Source: an uncultured Methanosarcinales archaeon
GTDB taxonomy: Archaea > Nanobdellota > Nanobdellia > Woesearchaeales > GCA-2686295
Length of the DNA stretch: 64,000 nucleotides
Reading direction: 5' to 3'
Assembly: GCA_964402995.1 (NCBI GenBank)
Contig: CAYOEA010000009.1
Location: 4,974 to 68,973, forward strand
The stretch's first letter is position 1. Each line of letters starts with the position of its first letter. The notes under the pieces are model-generated. The model worked only from the letters and a program-made list of their open reading frames with translations. It searched no databases and was not told where the DNA came from. This document shows, in pieces, positions 57,247 to 64,000 of the stretch. The position numbers were made by a program, and so were the translations under genes.

Positions 57247-57487
57247 AAACGCGTTTTAGTTTTTAAGGTACAAAAATAATTATTATTATTTTTGAATACC
57301 TAAAACTAGCTTGCTAGTTTTACAATATAAAAAGAAATAATTTAATTTTTTATCATACTTTTTCTTTAAATTCTTTTTTAAGAATTATTTGTAGAAAACT
57401 AAATCAACTTTAAAATAATTACTTCAAAGTTAGTTTCCATAAAAAATCTAACAATCTTTTTAAATCTGAACTTCAAATATTTATTCT

Positions 57488-58156
57488 ATGCTTAAATCAG
57501 ACCTTCATCTTCATGCTGGAGAAGATAAAACTCACATTTTAAATTATAGTGCTAAAGAATTAATTGATAAAACTAAATCTCTTGGTTTTGAAGTCTTAGC
57601 ATTTACTTTTCACCAGCAAGTTTTCTTCACTAAAGAAATTCAAGATTATGCAAAGAAAAAAAACATTCTTCTAATTAGTGGTTGCGAAGCTAAAATTGAA
57701 ACAAAAGAAGTTCTTCTCTACAATGTTACTCAAAAAGATGTTGATTCTATAAAGACTTTTAAGGACTTGACTAACTTAAAAAAAAAAAAAGATATTTTAG
57801 TTATAGCACCTCATCCTTTTTTTCCAGGAGGAAAATGTCTTGGTAAAATGTTAATCAAAAACATAAAATTATTTGATGCTATAGAATATTGTCACATGTA
57901 TCTTCCATTCATTAATTTTAACAAAAAAGCAGTGAAAATCGCAAAAAAATACAATTTGCCTTTAATTGGAACTTCCGATGCACATAATTTATGGCAACTA
58001 GATTTTACTTTCACTCTTGTTGATTCAAAAAAAGACACAAAAGCATTCTTTAAAGCAATTAAAGAAAATAAGCTTAAATTAGTCACTAGACCTTTTCTTT
58101 TAACAAGATTAATTCATAGATTTATACGCAGGATTCTTAGATCTGAAGAAAGATAA
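57488..58156 (+). CDS. PHP domain metal-dependent phosphoesterase
   Basis: DLHLH, GCE, APHPF, GTSDAH. Confidence 0.9.
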   Translation: MLKSDLHLHAGEDKTHILNYSAKELIDKTKSLGFEVLAFTFHQQVFFTKEIQDYAKKKNILLISGCEAKIETKEVLLYNVTQKDVDSIKTFKDLTNLKKKKDILVIAPHPFFPGGKCLGKMLIKNIKLFDAIEYCHMYLPFINFNKKAVKIAKKYNLPLIGTSDAHNLWQLDFTFTLVDSKKDTKAFFKAIKENKLKLVTRPFLLTRLIHRFIRRILRSEER

Positions 58157-58189
58157 ATTTTATATACTATAATCACATAATTTTATTCT

Positions 58190-58786
58190 ATGAAGAATGC
58201 TGAAAGAATTCGTGATGATAGAGATATACTTACTGCAAAGTGGGAGATAGAGTTTGAAGATGTACATCATTTTAAAAATATGTACAAAATGGCTCACGAA
58301 TTTCTAGATGAACAAGAGTGGGTTGATCCTCATGATGGATCTGATAAATGGGAAACTTATTATTATGAAAATATACTTCCTAATGGATTAAAAGAATTTA
58401 GAATTTGGTGGAGAGTTGTTCATATTCCTAGAGACAATCCTTTTATTAGATATTTTATGAAAGTTGACTATTTAGGTTTAGTATTTGAAAAAACTAGCAC
58501 AGTAAAAGACGGAGTAAAATTTAGCACTTGGAAAGGTAATCCTATAATTAAATGCGAATCATACTTACAATTAGATTATCAAGATTTATTTAAAAAAAAT
58601 AAACTTCTTTCACCATTCCAACATTTCTTTTTTAATAGACTTTACAAAAACATCTACGAACAACACAAAAAAGAACTTCATAGACGTACATATCAATTTA
58701 ACCGTGCATTAAAACAATATATGGGTTTAAAAACACCTGTTGATGAAATGAAACCTTACAGAAATATCAAAGGTACACCAGTATAA
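58190..58786 (+). CDS. Hypothetical protein
   Basis: 198-aa aromatic-rich ORF in apparent operon with PHP and nurA. Confidence 0.7.
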   Translation: MKNAERIRDDRDILTAKWEIEFEDVHHFKNMYKMAHEFLDEQEWVDPHDGSDKWETYYYENILPNGLKEFRIWWRVVHIPRDNPFIRYFMKVDYLGLVFEKTSTVKDGVKFSTWKGNPIIKCESYLQLDYQDLFKKNKLLSPFQHFFFNRLYKNIYEQHKKELHRRTYQFNRALKQYMGLKTPVDEMKPYRNIKGTPV

Positions 58787-58818
58787 ATTTATAAACCTAA
58801 TTTCTTTTTTAATTTATC

Positions 58819-59790
58819 ATGGATAATCTTATCAGTAAATTAAAAGCAACGATTAATGCTAATAGCGACAAGAAAAATATTCCTTTCTTTTCTAAAAAAG
58901 GCTTTAACGGTATCGAAATAAATGATGAATCATTCACTCAAATAAATTCTAAAAAATCAAATAAGACTTTTTGTTTCATTGATGGTGGCAATGCAGAACT
59001 AATCATCGCAAATAATCTATCTTTACAATTAATTCGTGTTGGGGCTTATGCAATTAAAGATTACAAAAAGGTATTCTCAGAAAAACATGATTATCATTTG
59101 CTTATTACTTTTGAAAATAATAAATTTATTGCCAAAACTTTTCCTGACAAAATATCAATTGAAATTGACGTTAATGATGAATCTTTAAAGGTGGGCAAAT
59201 CTATTGCAAAAATTTCAACTATCGGAGGGTTTATTAGACGAGTTCTAGAATTAGATTTAGCAAACTCCATTGCAGATAAATCAGATTACATAATTATTGA
59301 TGGTTCTCTTGAAGAAAAATTCTCTTTAGAAAATGAATATCTTCAAAGTCTTTTTTCAAAAAATAAAATTATTGTTGGTCTTTGTAAAACAAATAATTTA
59401 ATGACTGAAAATGGGAAATCTGTTTCAGCAATCTTACTAGACAAAAAAGACTCATGGATCTATAATCCTATTGCAAAAATCGACCAAACTATTTTCAACG
59501 CGAAAATTTTCATGGTCAAACTTAATTCAGCTTCAAAACATTGTTTTCGAGTTGATTTTCATGGAGCTAACCCTATAGAATTCTTTGAAACTTTAATGCC
59601 TAATTGTAATGATGTAATTTTTCCTGGTTATCCTTATGGTTTAGTTGCAGTTGATAGACTTGCAAGAATTTCTAATCAAGAAAAAGAAATGGAAAAGACG
59701 AAGTTAATGGTGAAACTTGGAGCGGATTGGAGTAAAATAACTAAGATGCAAAGCACTCAAGACGCACATTCTATTCTCGATAATGTTTAA
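58819..59790 (+). CDS. nurA: NurA-domain nuclease
   Basis: FIDGG, IIIDGSL, VGLCKT, GYPYGLVAVDRLARIS. Confidence 0.82.
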   Translation: MDNLISKLKATINANSDKKNIPFFSKKGFNGIEINDESFTQINSKKSNKTFCFIDGGNAELIIANNLSLQLIRVGAYAIKDYKKVFSEKHDYHLLITFENNKFIAKTFPDKISIEIDVNDESLKVGKSIAKISTIGGFIRRVLELDLANSIADKSDYIIIDGSLEEKFSLENEYLQSLFSKNKIIVGLCKTNNLMTENGKSVSAILLDKKDSWIYNPIAKIDQTIFNAKIFMVKLNSASKHCFRVDFHGANPIEFFETLMPNCNDVIFPGYPYGLVAVDRLARISNQEKEMEKTKLMVKLGADWSKITKMQSTQDAHSILDNV

Positions 59791-59844
59791 GTTTAATTTT
59801 AGGAATATTTTTATACCTTAAGGTAAATTATATCTTTCAAAGAG

Positions 59845-60837
59845 GTGTATTTATTGACGTTTGATGTTATTTGTGTAGGATCTAATACAGTTGATGTTTT
59901 TGCAAAAACAGATTCCGAACTTATTCAAATTAAAACTAAAAATTCAACTGAAGAACTTCTTGCTTATCCTCTTGGTTCAAAAATTCTTATTAATAATTTA
60001 AATTTCTTAATTGGTGGCGGTGGAACTAATACTGCTGTTGCATTTAGAAGATTAGGATTTGATACTGCGTATCTTGGAAAAATTGGTAAAGATGAAAATG
60101 GCCTTAAAGTTTTCAAATTATTAAAAGAAGAAAATATTTCGTTTATTGGTTCTCTTGGAGAGATGGGCGGGTATTCAATTATTCTTGATTCTATCGCTGA
60201 AGACAGAACTATCCTTACTTTCAAAGGTTGTAATAATGACCTTACATTTGAAGAATTAAATAAAAAAAGTCTCAAAACAAAATGGTTTTACTTTGCTTCA
60301 ATGGTTGGTAAATCTTTCAACACTCTAAAAAAACTTGCAAAATATGCTAAAGATAATAATATCAAAGTCGCATTTAATCCTTCATCTTATTTAACAAAGC
60401 AAGGATTTTCATTTACTAAATCAATTATTGAAAAAACAAATATTCTTATTCTTAACAAGGAAGAAGCAGAAAGTCTTGTTGGAAAAGGTAATTCTAAAGA
60501 TCTTCTTAAACGTCTTTTCCTTCCAAACATGGATTATCTTGTTATTACTGACGGTCCAAAAGGCGCTTATTGTACTAATGGAAAATTTATTTGGTTTGTA
60601 AAACCTAATCCTAAACGTAAGGTTAAAGAAACTACTGGTGCAGGTGATTCATTTGCAGCAAGTTTTGTAGCGGGCATTATGAAAAAAAAATCTGTTGAAG
60701 ACTCACTTCGAATGGCAATTACAAATGCAGAATCAGTTATTAGTAATTATGGAGCTAAGAATATTCTTCTTTCAAAAACTAAAATGAATCTACTTATCAA
60801 AAAAAGCAATAGAAAAATTACTAAAAATAAATTTTAA
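59845..60837 (+). CDS. PfkB/ribokinase family carbohydrate kinase
   Basis: GGGGTNTAV, GKIGKD.NG, NKEEA, ITDGPKGA, ETTGAGDSF. Confidence 0.93.
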   Translation: MYLLTFDVICVGSNTVDVFAKTDSELIQIKTKNSTEELLAYPLGSKILINNLNFLIGGGGTNTAVAFRRLGFDTAYLGKIGKDENGLKVFKLLKEENISFIGSLGEMGGYSIILDSIAEDRTILTFKGCNNDLTFEELNKKSLKTKWFYFASMVGKSFNTLKKLAKYAKDNNIKVAFNPSSYLTKQGFSFTKSIIEKTNILILNKEEAESLVGKGNSKDLLKRLFLPNMDYLVITDGPKGAYCTNGKFIWFVKPNPKRKVKETTGAGDSFAASFVAGIMKKKSVEDSLRMAITNAESVISNYGAKNILLSKTKMNLLIKKSNRKITKNKF

Positions 60838-61481
60838 TCTATTAACTTAATTTGTTTTTTTATCTCTTCTGAAGGTTCAAATAATAAACAATTAGTTAAT
60901 TTTTTCAATTCATGATAAAAATACGTAAAATGTGTACACGAAAGTAATACTATTTCAGATCCTGAAGCAGATAATATATCAAGCAATTCAACAAGTTTAT
61001 ATTTTGATATTATCTCGTTTGGATCATATCCTTTTTCAATGTCTTTTACTATATTCAAGTTCCCATAACCTAATACAATTGCTGAATTATTATGTGATAA
61101 AATTACTTTTTCAATATTTGATACACTTTGACAATTTGCAGCAATTACTCCAAAAGTTCCATGTTTAGATGAAATAACTGAATATGCCTCCATTGGAGTT
61201 ATTATTTGAATTTTATTTTTTTGACGTAAATATACTAAATCAATAGCGCCACTTAATGAATTACAATATATGATTATGAGATCAACTTTATTTTTAACTA
61301 AATAATCAATATTTGTTTGAACTTTATTTGTTAATTCAATTTTATTTAATGTTTGTAATAAAGTTTGTTCTTCAGGTGTATCTGAAACTGAACAAGAAAT
61401 TATTTTTCCTAAAGAACTAAAAGTTTCAATTCCAAATTTAGTATCTATTCTTGTTCCGGCAATCAAACCTATTCGTTTCAT
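60834..61481 (-). CDS. Aspartate/glutamate racemase family protein
   Basis: Two-cysteine motifs YCNSLS and LSCTHF. Confidence 0.75.
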   Translation of the reverse strand: MKRIGLIAGTRIDTKFGIETFSSLGKIISCSVSDTPEEQTLLQTLNKIELTNKVQTNIDYLVKNKVDLIIIYCNSLSGAIDLVYLRQKNKIQIITPMEAYSVISSKHGTFGVIAANCQSVSNIEKVILSHNNSAIVLGYGNLNIVKDIEKGYDPNEIISKYKLVELLDILSASGSEIVLLSCTHFTYFYHELKKLTNCLLFEPSEEIKKQIKLID

Positions 61482-61645
61482 AATTAATGTTTAACAATTT
61501 AATAATTTAAATGTTCTTGAAAGAAATATTCCTATGATAATAAATTGAGCGTAAAAAAATAAAAAATAATCTTAAATTTGAATCAATAAACTATAGTAAT
61601 ATTTATATACCCTTTTGACTTTTATTAGTCTATAAATTGAGGTGA

Positions 61646-62443
61646 GTGAGTTTTATGACTATTCAAATTAAAAAGCTTCTTTCTAATGATAAGGCTTTAT
61701 TCTTAGCTTATGATCAGGGAGTTGAACATGGACCTACAGATTTTAATGTGAAAAACTGCGATCCTAATTATATTTTAGATATTGCTCTTGAAGGACGATA
61801 CAACGCAATAATTTTAGAACATGGTACTGCAGAAAAATACTATCAAGATTATTACAAGGATATTCCTTTAATAGTTAAACTTAGTGCTGCAACTTCTATG
61901 ACTAGAAATGAACCTCGTTCAAGACAAATGTGTTCTGTTGAAAGAGCAATTAAACTTGGAGCGTCTGGCGTTGGTTATGTTATGTATAATGGAAGCGAGT
62001 TTGAACAGGATATGATGGTTGAATTTTCGAAGATTGTTGACACAGCACATGATTATGGTCTTCCTGTCGTTGCATGGGCATATCCTAGAGGAAAATTTGT
62101 TGAAGATCAAAATAACACTCAAACTGTTGCTTATGCAACTAGAATTGCAGCTGAACTTGGTGCTGATATAATTAAAATCCGTTATAATGGAGATATTGAT
62201 GGTTTAAAATGGACTATCAAGAATGCTGGTCGTGCAAAAGTCGTAATTGCAGGCGGTAATCATGATGCAGGTCATGAGGGTTTCTTAAAAATGGTTAAAG
62301 AAGTTACTGATGCAGGAGCGCATGGTATTGCTGTTGGTCGAAATGTTTGGCAAGATGATAAACCTTTTTCATTAACAAAATCATTGCAAAGTATAATCTT
62401 CCATAAACATTCAATCGAAGAGGCAAAGAAGTTTCTTAAATAA
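61646..62443 (+). CDS. fbaB: Class I (DhnA-type) fructose-bisphosphate aldolase
   Basis: LAYDQGVEHGP, AIKLGASGVG, VAWAYPRG, AAELGADIIK, VIAGG, VGRNVWQ. Confidence 0.93.
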   Translation: MSFMTIQIKKLLSNDKALFLAYDQGVEHGPTDFNVKNCDPNYILDIALEGRYNAIILEHGTAEKYYQDYYKDIPLIVKLSAATSMTRNEPRSRQMCSVERAIKLGASGVGYVMYNGSEFEQDMMVEFSKIVDTAHDYGLPVVAWAYPRGKFVEDQNNTQTVAYATRIAAELGADIIKIRYNGDIDGLKWTIKNAGRAKVVIAGGNHDAGHEGFLKMVKEVTDAGAHGIAVGRNVWQDDKPFSLTKSLQSIIFHKHSIEEAKKFLK

Positions 62444-62593
62444 ACTTCTTGATTTAAAAAAAACATTTTTTTAAAGCAAAGAAATACCTAAAGTAATTTT
62501 TTAGAATAATTTTATTTTTTATTAATTATTTTTAATCAACATATTTCTTAATTAAAATCAATAGAAAAAAAAGAAAATAATAAATCAACTAAT

Positions 62594-63031
62594 TTAACAA
62601 GAAACTCCTATCCAAGAATCAACTCGAGCGTAACATGCATCACAACCTGAATCATAAGTAACCCAATCTGATCCGCATACAGGACCTCTATCATCTACAC
62701 ATTCTTTATGTTGTTTTTCTGCTTGAGTACATACATGTTCAAATGGACAAGCCATATAATATTTTATACCCACACCTGCTTTTTCTACAGCACATTCACT
62801 TGGATAAGTTACTCCGTCATTTCCACAAACTTCAAACATGACTTTGCAAGGAACTTCTTCAGGTTTAGGATCTTCAATCCCTAAATTTATATTAGCATTA
62901 ACATCTTGTCCTGCATCAGAATCATCATCTACATCATCATTTTCATCTGGCATTTCTTCGGTTGTACTACATGCAGAAAGCATTAGTAAAGTCAATATTA
63001 GAATTATAAAAATAGTTAGTTTCATTTTCAT
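62594..63031 (-). CDS. Lipoprotein with two Kazal-type protease inhibitor domains
   Basis: Lipobox LSAC; VCGNDGVTYPSEC and PVCGSDWVTYDSGC. Confidence 0.85.
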   Translation of the reverse strand: MKMKLTIFIILILTLLMLSACSTTEEMPDENDDVDDDSDAGQDVNANINLGIEDPKPEEVPCKVMFEVCGNDGVTYPSECAVEKAGVGIKYYMACPFEHVCTQAEKQHKECVDDRGPVCGSDWVTYDSGCDACYARVDSWIGVSC

Positions 63032-63144
63032 ATTTTCACCTTTTTATTTAGTTATAGATTTAATCATATAAAAATTTAATCCTCTTGCAAAAAGCATAAG
63101 CTTTAAATAATCATATTTTTACTTTTTATTGTTGGTGAAGCGTA

Positions 63145-64000
63145 ATGGATTATATATTAACATTAAATAAGATTACAAGGTCAGATAGTGACACAGTAGG
63201 TTTCAGAGCTGTCGACTTAGCTGAAGCTCACAATAATAAGATTTCTGTACCTGTTTCTTTTGTTATAAAGAACTCCATGTTTGAAAATTTCATCGATTCT
63301 AATAACTTAAAGCCACACATTAAGCAAATATACTCAAATATTAGATTTGATGATGAAAATGCATTAAATGATGCCTATTCTAAAGTCAAAGAACTAATAC
63401 ACTCCGCTGATTTTCCAGAATCTATGCAAGAAGAACTTCTTGAAGCTTATGAAACTTTAGCCATTGACATGGACCATATTGATATTACAAAACTTGTAAC
63501 TACAATTGAAAAACCTTTCTTAACTCTTATTGGAAGTGTAAATTACATTGAACCTCACGAAAATTCAGAAAATATTATTCAAAATATAAAAGGAAGAGCT
63601 ATTCTATTCAAATGTATCAAAGATTGTTGGGCTTCACTTTATTCTCCAAGCGCAGTTATATATCGAAAAAAAGCAGATATTGATACTAAACCTAAAATTG
63701 GCATTGTTGCTCAAAGAATGGTTGAATCAGAAATTTCAATTCAAACTTATAGTCAAAATGATGAAATTCTAGTTAAAACATTTTTTGGTTATCAAGATTT
63801 AAACAATTTAGTTGGAAAAGATGAACATTTGTTTAACAAAGAAACTTTAGAATTAAAAGGTAATAGAGTGATTCTTCAAGAACATCAAATTGCAAGAGAT
63901 ATGCAAAGTGGTTCACTTGCTAAAAAACAAGTTTATGATGAAGGCAATAAACAAAAACTAAATGATAGAGATTGTGAAGAAGCTGCTCGTCAAAATAAAA
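63145..64000 (+). CDS. PEP synthase N-terminal-like protein (partial, runs off window)
   Basis: Manual translation MDYILTLNKITRSDSDTVGFRAVDLAE...IKDCWASLYSPSAVIYR...VAQRMVESE; absent from the ORF track because it has no stop in the window. Confidence 0.75.
   Translation, partial: MDYILTLNKITRSDSDTVGFRAVDLAEAHNNKISVPVSFVIKNSMFENFIDSNNLKPHIKQIYSNIRFDDENALNDAYSKVKELIHSADFPESMQEELLEAYETLAIDMDHIDITKLVTTIEKPFLTLIGSVNYIEPHENSENIIQNIKGRAILFKCIKDCWASLYSPSAVIYRKKADIDTKPKIGIVAQRMVESEISIQTYSQNDEILVKTFFGYQDLNNLVGKDEHLFNKETLELKGNRVILQEHQIARDMQSGSLAKKQVYDEGNKQKLNDRDCEEAARQNK

Noticed and set aside
156-63071. Many short overlapping or antisense ORFs in the track (e.g. 3067-3408, 16465-16887, 30637-31074, 41864-42247, 59964-60275)
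   Set aside because: Shadow frames of well-supported genes, with low-complexity L/S/F-rich translations.
1-64000. CRISPR array, cas genes, rRNA, integrase, transposase or reverse transcriptase
   Set aside because: No regularly spaced repeat-spacer series and no matching protein or rRNA motifs seen.

Overview
AT-rich archaeal chromosomal window. The gene set (topo VI, GatDE, CDC48, archaeal DnaG, RIO1/Dim2, PINA, BHB-intron tRNAs, plus bacterial-type ppdK, adk, ahcY and trpB) suggests a DPANN/Nanobdellota archaeon, most likely Woesearchaeales; this is an inference. Most of it is housekeeping: smc, rnhB/rnhC, XPD, truD, gatDE, cdc48, trpS, dnaG, top6AB, nurA and glycolytic genes. I found no CRISPR array, rRNA, transposase or integrase. 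Strongest observations: (1) a tRNA-Arg(CCT) split by three bulge-helix-bulge introns (D-loop 19/20, 37/38, T-loop 59/60) that reassembles into a 75-nt cloverleaf; (2) a ~50-bp double-hairpin palindromic element with compensatory base changes in four copies: in-frame in a DUF1015 gene, forming the ppdK C-terminus, intergenic, and in the T-loop (59/60) of a duplicated tRNA-Ser 3' fragment, hinting at a link between these repeats and tRNA intron birth; (3) three tandem genes with a constant promoter/leader and unrelated 6-cysteine cores; (4) an unassigned ~150-nt structured RNA candidate with its own TATA box; (5) a duplicated DYAWL-stop leader upstream of a stand-alone trpB-trpS pair. All pairings and alignments were done by eye; no searches were run.
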